Positions 10,152 through 19,143 of a stretch of DNA of 64,000 nucleotides are shown in pieces; the first letter of the stretch is position 1; the number at the start of each line of letters is the position of its first letter. The notes under the pieces are model-generated. The model had not been told where the DNA came from. It ran no database searches and worked only from the letters and a program-made list of their open reading frames with translations. Source of the DNA: Zoogloea sp. (GTDB lineage Bacteria; Pseudomonadota; Gammaproteobacteria; Burkholderiales; Rhodocyclaceae); NCBI GenBank assembly GCA_023150095.1, contig JAKLLO010000017.1, positions 463-64,462 of the forward strand, in the 5' to 3' direction. The translations under genes were made by a program, and so were the position numbers.

Positions 10152-11588
10152 TCAGAACTTGTGGGCGCCGTGGGCGCCAAGACTCATCACGTACTGCAGC
10201 CACACCTGGTTGTCGGACTCGCCACTGCGCGACTTGTCGCGAGCCAGTTGCAGGCGCAGGCGCGAGTACTCCGACGGCGACCAATCCACCATCGCCGACT
10301 GGCGGGTCGGATCGTAGCCGGCCAGGATCGGCAGTTCGGCGCTGGACAGCGCCCCCAGATCGACACTCCCCGAGCGCAGCCAGTCACCCCGCACGCCCAC
10401 GCGCCAGCGGGGCATGAACTGGTAGACCGCCTGCAGATAGGCGCCCGACTGACGGAAGCGGGCCGCCGACGTCGCCTCATTGATGCCACCGATGTCGTAG
10501 TTCAGGTCGCCGGTCTCACGCCGCTGGAAGTACTCACCCTGCACCTTGAGGTTGGTCACGCTGCTGTTGCCGTCAGGCGCCCACTTGTAGACGAAGTCGG
10601 CAATCCAGGTCTGGCTGCGCCCGGAAAAGCTGTGAGCGAGGGCCGCGCCGGCCCCGTCGACGCCATCCTCGAAGCCCCGCTCGCGGGGATTGGTGCGCAC
10701 GTGGGACAAGCCCACCTGCCAGGAGGACGAAGCTCCGATGTCACCGCCCAGATGGGCGAAAGCAGTCCACAGACCGGCACCGTTGCGGGTGCGCTCGGCC
10801 CCTGGGAACTTCTGCCCGCCCGCCACTTCGGTGCCGAATTCGAGGAACAGGTCGGTGGGGGCGACCCAGCGCAACTGGACACCGTCGTTCTGCAGCCGCG
10901 GGCCGAAGAAGGCCTTGTAAACCAGCGGCGCATCAGCGAAATCCCATTCATGGGGATGCTGCTGGTTGAGATAACCGACGCCGGACAGGAAGCGCCCGGC
11001 CTTCACCTTGAAGCCTGAGGACAGTCCGAGGGTTTCCACGTTGACCTCTTCCACCTCGACCACCCCGGCGCCGTCATCCTCGGCCAGCGCAAAGCGGGCA
11101 TTGGCGCGGAACAGATGATCCACGTTGGCCGAGAAGGCGAGCTCGGACTCGCCCAGCGAGAAGCCCTTGCGCGGAGGGCCGATCTCGCCGCCGGACGGGA
11201 TGAAACCGTCGATGCGGTAGGTGGAGGGGTCGCGCTGCAGGCGGGTGAACTTGCTGTCGATGATCAGCGAGACCGCCGGATTGAAGGCGGACTCGCCTGC
11301 CGAGCGCTGGGGCGCGGGCTCGGCGCTGGCCTTGGCGACACTCTCGGCGCGAGCTGCCGTGCGGTCGGCCTCGGTGGCTACGGCCACCGCCGAGGCGCTG
11401 CGGGCTTCGGCGGTGGCAAGCCGGCGTTCGAGGGCGTCGATACGCTGCTGATAGGTCTCGCGCAGCTCTCGCAGCTGGCTGCGGAGCTGCTTGAGGTCGG
11501 CGTCGGAAGCCGCGTCGGGGGCCGCAAAGGCGGCATGCGGCAACGCCGCGAGCGCCGCAAACAGGGCGGCGGGTCGTACGAATTTCAT
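10152..11588 (-). CDS. Outer-membrane beta-barrel/porin with N-terminal coiled coil, metal-uptake associated
   Basis: Signal peptide MKFVRPAA, coiled coil, FNPAVSLI, NQQHPHEWDF, amphipathic strands, C-terminal GAHGAHKF. Confidence 0.75.
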   Translation of the reverse strand: MKFVRPAALFAALAALPHAAFAAPDAASDADLKQLRSQLRELRETYQQRIDALERRLATAEARSASAVAVATEADRTAARAESVAKASAEPAPQRSAGESAFNPAVSLIIDSKFTRLQRDPSTYRIDGFIPSGGEIGPPRKGFSLGESELAFSANVDHLFRANARFALAEDDGAGVVEVEEVNVETLGLSSGFKVKAGRFLSGVGYLNQQHPHEWDFADAPLVYKAFFGPRLQNDGVQLRWVAPTDLFLEFGTEVAGGQKFPGAERTRNGAGLWTAFAHLGGDIGASSSWQVGLSHVRTNPRERGFEDGVDGAGAALAHSFSGRSQTWIADFVYKWAPDGNSSVTNLKVQGEYFQRRETGDLNYDIGGINEATSAARFRQSGAYLQAVYQFMPRWRVGVRGDWLRSGSVDLGALSSAELPILAGYDPTRQSAMVDWSPSEYSRLRLQLARDKSRSGESDNQVWLQYVMSLGAHGAHKF

Positions 11589-11595
11589 GGAGAGT

Positions 11596-11699
11596 GCTCC
11601 GTCGGATCGGTTCGGATAAAGCAGCCAGCCGGCGCGCGTCATGCCCTCGGGCAACGACGGACGCCGGTCAGCGGTTCGGGGACGGGATCAGACGGAAGC
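11596..11699 (-). promoter_or_regulatory. Predicted SD-sequestering RNA structure between the leader ORF and the porin gene
   Basis: mRNA GCUUCCGUCUGAUC (11699-11686) is complementary, with one mismatch and one bulge, to GAUCCGACGGAGC (11608-11596, contains SD GGAG); inner GC hairpin at 11629-11667. Confidence 0.6.
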
Positions 11700-12086
11700 G
11701 GGCGGCCCGCGGCAGGGTGGGCAGGGCGCGCGCCGGGCCGCCAGCGTGACGGCGGGCTCGGCAAGCTGCGCGGGCGGAAGCGCCTCGACGACCAGCACGG
11801 CCGGCGAGGGTGGAAGCACGGAAGCCAGATCAGCCGCCGCCAGGCACAGCAGGCAGCGCTCGTGGCGCTCCGCCGCGGGCAGGCCGCCGGGACCGGCCTC
11901 ACCGGTGGTCGCCAGCGTCGCGGCGCGGACGCCCGCACCACGGCGCTCCGCCAGCCCCTCGCCCACGTGGCTGAGGGCGTGGGCGGCGGCAAACAACTGG
12001 GCGCACACCAGCACCAGCGCCAGCACGCTGCGAAGCAGCGGCGAGGCCCGGCGCGGCAGGCGGAAAGGCATCGCGGCGCGCCTCAC
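11688..12086 (-). CDS. DUF2946/CruR/CutF-like leader protein (signal/TM, CxxC, C-terminal RGPP)
   Basis: GTGA overlap with the COG0523 stop; LALVLVCAQLFAAAHALSH, HERCLLC, ends CPPCRGPPASV. Confidence 0.7.
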   Translation of the reverse strand: MRRAAMPFRLPRRASPLLRSVLALVLVCAQLFAAAHALSHVGEGLAERRGAGVRAATLATTGEAGPGGLPAAERHERCLLCLAAADLASVLPPSPAVLVVEALPPAQLAEPAVTLAARRAPCPPCRGPPASV

Positions 12087-13150
12087 GCCGCCACCTCCGG
12101 CACGCAGAAGCAGGAGAAGGCGTGATCGACGATGGCGCGGTCAAGATCGCGGACGATGAACACCAGCCGGGTGGACCGGTCGTCATCGGGCCACGCCGGC
12201 AGCGCGGCATCCGGGTAGCGCAGGTGATGGACGCACTGGATCACCCGCGGCGCGGCCTCGCCCCGCACGTTCACGATGCCCTTCACCCGCAGCAGGTGAT
12301 CGCCCTTGAGGCCCTGCAGCATGTCGAGGGCGGTGGAGAACTCACCCCAGCCCACCGGCTGGTCGATGCGCACCACGAAAGCATGGGTGCTGGCGTCGTG
12401 CCGGTTCGGGTCGCCCGCCGGACGCGTGCCGCGGCCCGCCGGGGCGTACTGATTGCGGACGGACCGGGCCGCAACGGCTTCGTCTGCCAGCCAGCGCGCC
12501 ACGTCGGCAGATTTGGTGGCCGGGTTCCACAGGCCGCAATCGAGCACCGCCGCGGGTTCAACCACGCCGCCTTCAACGCGGAACTGGGCCGCGCCCGGGT
12601 TGAGCCCGGCGAGCGTGCCAGCAAGCGCATCGACGGCCTCAGGCGTGGCCTGATCGCACTTGGTGATGATGAGCCGGTCGGCCATCGCGGCCTGCTTGAC
12701 GGCCTCCGGCTGGCGGACCAGCTGCCCGGCGCCGAACACCGCATCCACCGCCGTCACCACGCCGTCGAGCCGGTAACGTTCGGCGATGAAGAAATCCTGC
12801 ATCAGGGTGAAGATCACCGGCGCCGGATCGGCAAGGCCGGTGGTCTCGATGACCACCCGGGTCAACGCCGGCAGCTCCCGGCGCAGGCGGCGCATGAAGA
12901 CATCCTTCAGCGCCCGGGAAAGATCGCCCCGCACCGAGCAGCAGATGCAGCCGGATTCGAGCAGCACCACGTCCTCGTCGATCTTCTCGACAAGCAGGTG
13001 GTCCAGCGGCACGGCACCGAATTCATTGACGAGCACCACCGTTCCGGCCAGCTCGGGCTGGCGCAGCAGGTGATTGAGCAGGGTGGTCTTGCCCGAACCG
13101 AGGAAGCCGGTGAGCAGGGTGACGGGAATGCGGTTCGCCGGAGCGGTCAT
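12083..13150 (-). CDS. COG0523/CobW-family metallochaperone GTPase
   Basis: GFLGSGKTT, NEFG, GCICC metal motif, IETTGLADP, CobW_C LRVKG...LVFI. Confidence 0.92.
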   Translation of the reverse strand: MTAPANRIPVTLLTGFLGSGKTTLLNHLLRQPELAGTVVLVNEFGAVPLDHLLVEKIDEDVVLLESGCICCSVRGDLSRALKDVFMRRLRRELPALTRVVIETTGLADPAPVIFTLMQDFFIAERYRLDGVVTAVDAVFGAGQLVRQPEAVKQAAMADRLIITKCDQATPEAVDALAGTLAGLNPGAAQFRVEGGVVEPAAVLDCGLWNPATKSADVARWLADEAVAARSVRNQYAPAGRGTRPAGDPNRHDASTHAFVVRIDQPVGWGEFSTALDMLQGLKGDHLLRVKGIVNVRGEAAPRVIQCVHHLRYPDAALPAWPDDDRSTRLVFIVRDLDRAIVDHAFSCFCVPEVAA

Positions 13151-13207
13151 GGGCGGGCCTGGCCGATCCGGCGAAACATGGTGAAGCAGGAAGCGGGAAC
13201 GGGGGGA

Positions 13208-13639
13208 TTATTCCCCGTAGAGCTTCTGGGTGCGCTCGCGCCGCTCCTGGGCGTCGATCGACAGGGTGGCGGTGGGGCGGGCGAGCAGGCGGCCGATCCC
13301 GATCGGGTCGCCGGTTTCCTCGCACCAGCCGTATTCGCCTTCGGCGATGCGCTCGAGGGCTTCCTCGATCTTCTTGATCAGCTTGCGTTCGCGATCGCGC
13401 ACGCGCAGTTCGAGGGCGTGCTCTTCCTCGACGGTGGCGCGGTCGGCCGGGTCGGCGACGAGCTCGTTCTCACGCAGGTTGGCGCCGGTGCTGGCTGCGT
13501 TCTCGAGCAGCTCTTCACGCATCTTCGACAGACGCTCCCGGAAGAACTCCAGCTGCGCCGGGTTCATGTAGTCATCTTCCGGCATGGCCAGGATTTCGGC
13601 CTCGGTGAGCAGTTTGTCTTTGCTGGTAGTTGCAACCAT
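13208..13639 (-). CDS. dksA: RNA polymerase-binding protein DksA (single-Cys type)
   Basis: DYMNPAQLEFFR, DPADRA coiled-coil tip, YGWCEETGDPIGIGRLLARPTATLSIDAQ. Confidence 0.95.
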   Translation of the reverse strand: MVATTSKDKLLTEAEILAMPEDDYMNPAQLEFFRERLSKMREELLENAASTGANLRENELVADPADRATVEEEHALELRVRDRERKLIKKIEEALERIAEGEYGWCEETGDPIGIGRLLARPTATLSIDAQERRERTQKLYGE

Positions 13640-13889
13640 CTCTCATTCCTCCCATGAATCGACTGTCGGGCCGGGATCCCGCGACTTCCGCGCCGCGACA
13701 TCGCCCATCTGCGACTCGCTGGCTGATGCACGAATCGCACCAGCCTGTCTCCAAGAGCGCGATTCTAGGCACAGGATTGCTGCAATTACAATGCGGCCAG
13801 CGCAATCGGCCTACGCGTACCTACATTCTGAAACACTGAATCTACCGCGTTGCTTCGGATCAGGGCGAGTCGTGCGGTAAAATGTTGCG

Positions 13890-14330
13890 ATGCATTTCAC
13901 GAACGATCCCGCTCCTGCCGCGGAGAAGGCGTCCTTTACGCTGCCGGTGCGGGTTTACTACGAAGACACCGACGCAGGTGGTGTGGTTTACTACGCCAAC
14001 TACCTGAAGTTCTGCGAAAGAGCCCGCACCGACTGGTTGCGGGCTATTGGCTTTGAGCAAGGCCGGATCAAAGCCGAGCGCAACATCGTCTTCGTGGTGC
14101 GCTCCGTGAAAGCCGACTACCTCCAGCCCGCCGTCCTCGACGACATGCTGGACGTCGTCAGCCGGATTTCCCGGCTCGGCCGCGCCAGCCTAGTGTTCGA
14201 CCAGCAGATCCGGCGCGACGGCCAGCCCATTTTCGACGCCCAGATCACCATCGCCTGCATCGACAGCACTGCCAAGCGCGCCATTCCGATTCCTCCTGCC
14301 GTACGCGACCAGTTCGCCACCCTGGTTTAA
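13890..14330 (+). CDS. ybgC: Tol-pal-associated acyl-CoA thioesterase
   Basis: VYYEDTDAGGVVYYANYLKFCERAR; first gene of tol-pal. Confidence 0.93.
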   Translation: MHFTNDPAPAAEKASFTLPVRVYYEDTDAGGVVYYANYLKFCERARTDWLRAIGFEQGRIKAERNIVFVVRSVKADYLQPAVLDDMLDVVSRISRLGRASLVFDQQIRRDGQPIFDAQITIACIDSTAKRAIPIPPAVRDQFATLV

Positions 14331-14334
14331 ACCG

Positions 14335-15009
14335 ATGAACGTCACCGAAGACCTCTCAATCCTGTCCCTGATCGCCAACGCGAGCGTCCTCGTCAAGCTC
14401 GTGATGGCGCTGCTCGGCACCGTCTCCTTCATGTCCTGGTACTGGATCTTCCGCAAGTGGTTCCAGATCCGCGACGCCAAGCGCAAGACCGACCTCTTCG
14501 AACGCGACTTCTGGAGCGGCGGCGACCTCAACGCCCTCTACCAGAGCGCCGCCACCGGCCGCCACGAAGCCGCCGGCATGGAGCGCATCTTCGAAGCCGG
14601 CTACCGCGAATTCGCCAAGCTGCGCGGCAAGAACCTCGACCACGGCGCAATAATGGACGGCGCCCGCCGCGCGATGCGCGCCACCTACCAGCGCGAGGTC
14701 GATGATCTCGAAGCCCACCTGGCCTTCCTCGCCTCGGTGGGCTCGGTGTCGCCTTACGTCGGCCTGTTCGGCACTGTCTGGGGGATCATGAACGCCTTCC
14801 GCGGCCTGTCCAACGTCGGCTCGGCCACCCTCGCCCACGTGGCGCCGGGCATCGCCGAAGCGCTGGTCGCCACCGCCATCGGCCTGTTCGCGGCGATCCC
14901 GGCAGTCGTCGCCTACAACCGCTTCGCCCACGACATCGACCGCATCGCGATCCGCTTCGAGAGCTTCACCGAAGAGTTCCTGAACATCCTCCAGCGCCAG
15001 CTGCGTTGA
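14335..15009 (+). CDS. tolQ: TolQ
   Basis: SPYVGLFGTVWGIM and PGIAEALVATAIGL motifs. Confidence 0.96.
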   Translation: MNVTEDLSILSLIANASVLVKLVMALLGTVSFMSWYWIFRKWFQIRDAKRKTDLFERDFWSGGDLNALYQSAATGRHEAAGMERIFEAGYREFAKLRGKNLDHGAIMDGARRAMRATYQREVDDLEAHLAFLASVGSVSPYVGLFGTVWGIMNAFRGLSNVGSATLAHVAPGIAEALVATAIGLFAAIPAVVAYNRFAHDIDRIAIRFESFTEEFLNILQRQLR

Positions 15010-15025
15010 CCGGAGCAAAGCTGCA

Positions 15026-15439
15026 ATGCGTCAACGTCGCCTGATGAACCAGATCAACGTCGTGCCTTACATCGACGTGATGCTGGTGCTCCTCGTCATC
15101 TTCATGGTCACCGCGCCGATGATCCAGTCCGGCTCGGTGAACCTGCCCAGCGTCGACAAGGTCCCCGCGCCGCCCACCGACGCGATGATCGTCACCGTCA
15201 AGCCCCAGGGCGAGCTCACCCTCAGCCAGACCAGCCAGGCCCAGCCCAAGTCCTACAACCGCCGCGACCTGATCGGCGCGGTGCAGGACGCCGTCTCGGC
15301 CAACCCCGGCCAGCCGGTGGTGATCGCCGCCGACAAGGAAGTGAAGTACGAGCTGGTCATGGATGTCCTCAACGACCTGCGTAACGCGGGCGTCAACAAG
15401 GTCGGCCTGCAGACGCAGATCGGCAAGTCCAGCCGATGA
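15026..15439 (+). CDS. tolR: TolR
   Basis: INVVPYIDVMLVLLVIFMVTAP motif. Confidence 0.95.
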   Translation: MRQRRLMNQINVVPYIDVMLVLLVIFMVTAPMIQSGSVNLPSVDKVPAPPTDAMIVTVKPQGELTLSQTSQAQPKSYNRRDLIGAVQDAVSANPGQPVVIAADKEVKYELVMDVLNDLRNAGVNKVGLQTQIGKSSR

Positions 15440-16419
15440 GACCTTTGCTGTCCGGTAATGACCGGGGCAAGTGGTCGTCGGCAGCGCTGGCTGCGCTCGT
15501 CCACGTCCTGCTCGGTCTGTTCCTGTTCTATGGCGTGCGCTGGCAGAACCGCCTGCCCGACGCCGTCGAGGTCGAGCTGGTGAGCGCGCCGCCGCCGGCC
15601 GCCCGCGTCGCCCCGCCTCCGCCCCCCGCCCCGCCGGCCGAATCCCGCCCCGCGCCGCCTCCGCCGCCCGAGCCCGAAGACGAACCCGAGCCTGCACCGC
15701 CGCCGCGCAAGCAGCCGGATATCGCCATCAAGTCGCCCGAGCCCAAGAAGCAGCCGCCCAAGCCGGTCAAGGAAATCGTCAAGCCCGAGCCGAAGAAGCC
15801 CGAACCCAAGCCTGAGCCCAAGAAGCCCGAGCCGAAACCGGAGCCCAAAAAGCCGGAACCCAAGCCCGAACCGAAGAAACCGGAGCAGAAGAAACCCGAA
15901 CCCAAGCCGGAACCCAAGCCCGACCCGAAGGCCGAAGCCAAGGCCCGCGCGGAGCAGGCCCGCATCGACCAGGCCAAGGCCGACAAGGAAGCCAAGGCCT
16001 CCGCCGCCCGCGCCCGCGAGCTCGAAGACCGCCGGATGCGCGAGCTGATGGCCCGCGACAGCGAGAACGCCAGCCAGTCCCGCCAGATCCAGGAAGAACT
16101 CGCCCGGGTCGCCGGCGCCAAGGCCAGCGCAGCCCGCAACAAGGCGATCGAAGCTTACATCGAGAAGATCCGCGCCAAGGTGAAGGGCAACATCGTGCTG
16201 CCTCCGGGCGTCAGCGGCGATCCCTTCGCGCTGTTCTACGTGGACCAGCTGCCCGACGGCTCGGTGATCGAGGTACGCCTCAAGCGCTCCACCGGCAACG
16301 CCCAGCTCGACGGCGCCATCGAACGCGCCATCCAGAAATCGAGCCCGCTGCCCCGCCCCGACAAGCCGGAACTGTTCAACCGCACGCTGGAGCTGAAGTT
16401 CTATCCGCTCCGCGACTAA
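15436..16419 (+). CDS. tolA: TolA
   Basis: TM anchor with S...H (SSAALAALVH), Pro/Lys/Glu linker, TonB_C-like C-terminus STGNAQLDGAIERAI. Confidence 0.9.
   Translation: MRPLLSGNDRGKWSSAALAALVHVLLGLFLFYGVRWQNRLPDAVEVELVSAPPPAARVAPPPPPAPPAESRPAPPPPPEPEDEPEPAPPPRKQPDIAIKSPEPKKQPPKPVKEIVKPEPKKPEPKPEPKKPEPKPEPKKPEPKPEPKKPEQKKPEPKPEPKPDPKAEAKARAEQARIDQAKADKEAKASAARARELEDRRMRELMARDSENASQSRQIQEELARVAGAKASAARNKAIEAYIEKIRAKVKGNIVLPPGVSGDPFALFYVDQLPDGSVIEVRLKRSTGNAQLDGAIERAIQKSSPLPRPDKPELFNRTLELKFYPLRD
15781..15930 (+). repeat. Coding tandem repeats (KPEPKKPEP)n in tolA
   Basis: Degenerate 27-nt unit encoding the Pro-rich periplasmic spacer. Confidence 0.85.
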
Positions 16420-16422
16420 ACC

Positions 16423-17724
16423 ATGAGTCTTCCGCCCATGACTTCACGCATCCTGTCCTTCCTGCGCAGTGCCGTGCCGGCCTGCGCGCTGGTGCTTGCG
16501 TCCTCCGTGGCCCAGGCCCAGCTCGCCATCGAGATCACCGGCGCCGGCGCCAACCGCATGCCGGTTGCCGTTGCCAGCTTCGAGGGTGAGAACGCCCTGC
16601 CCCGCGCCGTCACCGATGTCGTCCGCGCCGACCTTGAACGCAGCGGCCTGTTCAAGATGATCGAACTCGGCCCGAGCCCGATGAGCGCCGCCGGCCCGGT
16701 CGATTACGCCCGCGTCCGCTCCCGCGGTGCCGACGCCGTCGCCGTGGGCACCGTCAGCCCCAACGGGGCCGGCCGCTTCCAGATCGAGGTGCGCCTCCAC
16801 GACGCCGCCAAGCAGCTCGGCCTCGGCAGCCAGGCGATGGTGATGTCGCCCAACCAGTACCGCGCCACCGGCCACCGCATCGCCGACTTCATCTACGAGA
16901 AGCTCACCGGCGAACCCGGCGTGTTCTCGACCCGCATCGCCTACGTGCTCAAGTCCGGCCCGCGCTACGAGTTGCAGATCGCCGACGCCGACGGCAGCAA
17001 CGCCCAGACTGCGCTGGCCTCCAAGGAGCCGATCATCTCCCCGGCCTGGTCGCCGGACGGCTCGCGCCTCGCCTATGTGTCGTTCGAAGCCAAGAAGCCG
17101 GTGGTCTACGTGCATAACCTCGCCACCGGCCAGCGCAACGTCGCCGCCAATTTCAAGGGCTCCAACTCCGCGCCGGCCTGGTCGCCGGACGGCCGCCGGC
17201 TGGCGGTGGTGCTCACCAAGGACGGCCAGTCCCAGCTCTACTCGGTCAATGCCGACGGCTCCGGCGTGCAGCGCCTGGCTTCGTCCTCCGGCATCGACAC
17301 CGAACCGGCCTGGTCGCCCGACGGCATGATCTACTTCACCTCCGACCGCGGCGGCAGCCCGCAGATCTACCGCGTGTCGGCCGGCGGCGGCGACGCCCAG
17401 CGGGTCACCTTCGAGGGCAGCTACAACGTCAGCCCGCGCCCGTCGCCCGACGGCAAGAGCCTCGTCTACGTATCCCGCAACGGCGGCCGCTTCCAGGTCA
17501 CGATGCTGGATCTCGCATCCCGCCAGACGCAAATCCTCACCGACTCCTCCAAGGACGAATCCCCGAGCTTCGCCCCCAACGGCCGCATGGTGCTCTACGC
17601 CACCGAGATCGGCGGCCGTGGCGTGCTCGCCGCCGTGTCTGCCGATGGTCGTGTGAAGCAGCGTCTATCGGTACAATCAGGCGACGTGCGCGAGCCCGCC
17701 TGGGGGCCCCAGCCCCGAAACTGA
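16423..17724 (+). CDS. tolB: TolB
   Basis: Signal peptide, PAWSPDG beta-propeller repeats. Confidence 0.95.
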   Translation: MSLPPMTSRILSFLRSAVPACALVLASSVAQAQLAIEITGAGANRMPVAVASFEGENALPRAVTDVVRADLERSGLFKMIELGPSPMSAAGPVDYARVRSRGADAVAVGTVSPNGAGRFQIEVRLHDAAKQLGLGSQAMVMSPNQYRATGHRIADFIYEKLTGEPGVFSTRIAYVLKSGPRYELQIADADGSNAQTALASKEPIISPAWSPDGSRLAYVSFEAKKPVVYVHNLATGQRNVAANFKGSNSAPAWSPDGRRLAVVLTKDGQSQLYSVNADGSGVQRLASSSGIDTEPAWSPDGMIYFTSDRGGSPQIYRVSAGGGDAQRVTFEGSYNVSPRPSPDGKSLVYVSRNGGRFQVTMLDLASRQTQILTDSSKDESPSFAPNGRMVLYATEIGGRGVLAAVSADGRVKQRLSVQSGDVREPAWGPQPRN

Positions 17725-17799
17725 CCCGCTCGCGAAAACGAAACGCCACACCACGCACCCATTGCGCCCCCGCGCGAACGTGCCCACGGAGCTCACACC

Positions 17800-18354
17800 A
17801 TGAAGTTTCAGCACCTCACCCTGTCCCTGATCGCTGCCGGTTTGCTGGCCGCTTGTAGTTCTGCCCCCAACCAGAACGGCCAGGGTGCCGCCGTCGAGGA
17901 CCGCAGCAGCGGCGCCGCCAGCAGCGGAGTCGACAGCAACCGCGTCACCACGGTCAATGCGGCGGATGGCGCCAACGGCTCCGCCTACCCCGAGCTGCGC
18001 GACCCGAAGAGCATCCTGTCCAAGCGCAGCGTGCTGTTCGACTACGATAGCTACGTGATCAAGGATCAGTACCGCCCCATCGTCGAAGCCCACGCCAAGT
18101 TCCTCGTCGCCCACCCCAAGGTCAAGATGCTGATCCAGGGCAACACCGACGAACGCGGCAGCCGCGAATACAACCTGGCCCTCGGCCAGAAGCGTGCCGA
18201 CGCCGTCAAGAAGGCCCTGAGCCTGCTGGGCGTGGCCGAAAGCCAGCTCGAATCCGTCAGCCTCGGCGAAGAAAAGCCCAGCTGCACCGACGCCTCCGAA
18301 GCCTGCTGGTCCGCCAACCGTCGCGGCGACATGCTCTATTCGGGTGAATTCTGA
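17800..18354 (+). CDS. pal: Peptidoglycan-associated lipoprotein Pal
   Basis: Lipobox LAAC; GNTDERGSREYNLALGQKRA OmpA-like domain. Confidence 0.96.
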   Translation: MKFQHLTLSLIAAGLLAACSSAPNQNGQGAAVEDRSSGAASSGVDSNRVTTVNAADGANGSAYPELRDPKSILSKRSVLFDYDSYVIKDQYRPIVEAHAKFLVAHPKVKMLIQGNTDERGSREYNLALGQKRADAVKKALSLLGVAESQLESVSLGEEKPSCTDASEACWSANRRGDMLYSGEF

Positions 18355-19106
18355 TGTTCCCGCGCCTTCTGCCCCGCCTGTTGGCCGGGCTGCTGGCTGG
18401 CCTGCTGGCCAGCCAGGCCCAGGCCGGCCTGTTTGACGACGAGGAAGCCCGGATGCGCATCAACCAGATGCGCACCGAACTCACAGCCCGGATCGACAAG
18501 CTCGAAGCGAGCGCCCGCGCCCAGCTCGAACTGGCCGACCAGATCGAGACCCTGAAGGCCGAGATCGCCCGCCTGCGCGGCGAGAACGAAGTTCTCAGCA
18601 ACGATCTGGCCAACGCCAACAAGCGCCAGAAGGACTTTTACGTCGATCTCGACAACCGCCTGCGCAAGGTCGAGCCCCAGGCTTCGACCGAAGCGCCGGC
18701 CGCCCAGGCCGCCCCCGCCGCACCGGCGGCCGATCCGGCCAGCGAAAGCCGCGACTACGAAGCCGCCCTCACCCAACTGCGGGCCGGCAAGTTCCGCGAG
18801 GCGGCGGTGGGCTTCGTGGCCTTCACCAAGGCCTACCCGAACAGCAGCTTCCAGCCCAACGCCCACTTCTGGGCCGCCAGCGCGCTCTATCAGCTGAAGG
18901 ACAACGTCGGCGCCGCCGAGCACTACGCCAAGGTCGCCAGCCAGTGGCCGGACGACACCCGCGCGCCGGATGCCCTGCTCGGCCTGTCCAGCACCCAGGC
19001 GGCCCGCAACGACACCGCAGGGGCCACCAAGACCCTCGAACGGCTGGTCGCCAAGTACCCAAGCAGTTCGGCGGCGACCATCGCCCGCCAGCGCCTCAAG
19101 AAGTAA
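18354..19106 (+). CDS. ybgF: Tol-pal protein YbgF/CpoB
   Basis: Signal peptide, GLFDDEEAR coiled coil, TPR C-terminus. Confidence 0.92.
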   Translation: MFPRLLPRLLAGLLAGLLASQAQAGLFDDEEARMRINQMRTELTARIDKLEASARAQLELADQIETLKAEIARLRGENEVLSNDLANANKRQKDFYVDLDNRLRKVEPQASTEAPAAQAAPAAPAADPASESRDYEAALTQLRAGKFREAAVGFVAFTKAYPNSSFQPNAHFWAASALYQLKDNVGAAEHYAKVASQWPDDTRAPDALLGLSSTQAARNDTAGATKTLERLVAKYPSSSAATIARQRLKK

Positions 19107-19113
19107 GCCAGCC

Positions 19114-19140
19114 GCGCCCGACACCGGGCGCGCTTTTTTT
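19114..19140 (+). terminator. Rho-independent terminator after ybgF
   Basis: GCGCCCG-acac-CGGGCGC-gc-TTTTTTT. Confidence 0.7.
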
Positions 19141-19143
19141 CCC

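Noticed and set aside
13628-13810. Possible Zur box near the dksA start (GTTGCAAC; ATTGCTGCAATTACAAT)
   Set aside because: No full inverted repeat of the expected spacing
15781-15930. Tandem repeats that might suggest a CRISPR array or VNTR
   Set aside because: Degenerate coding repeats of the TolA linker; no unique spacers and no cas genes
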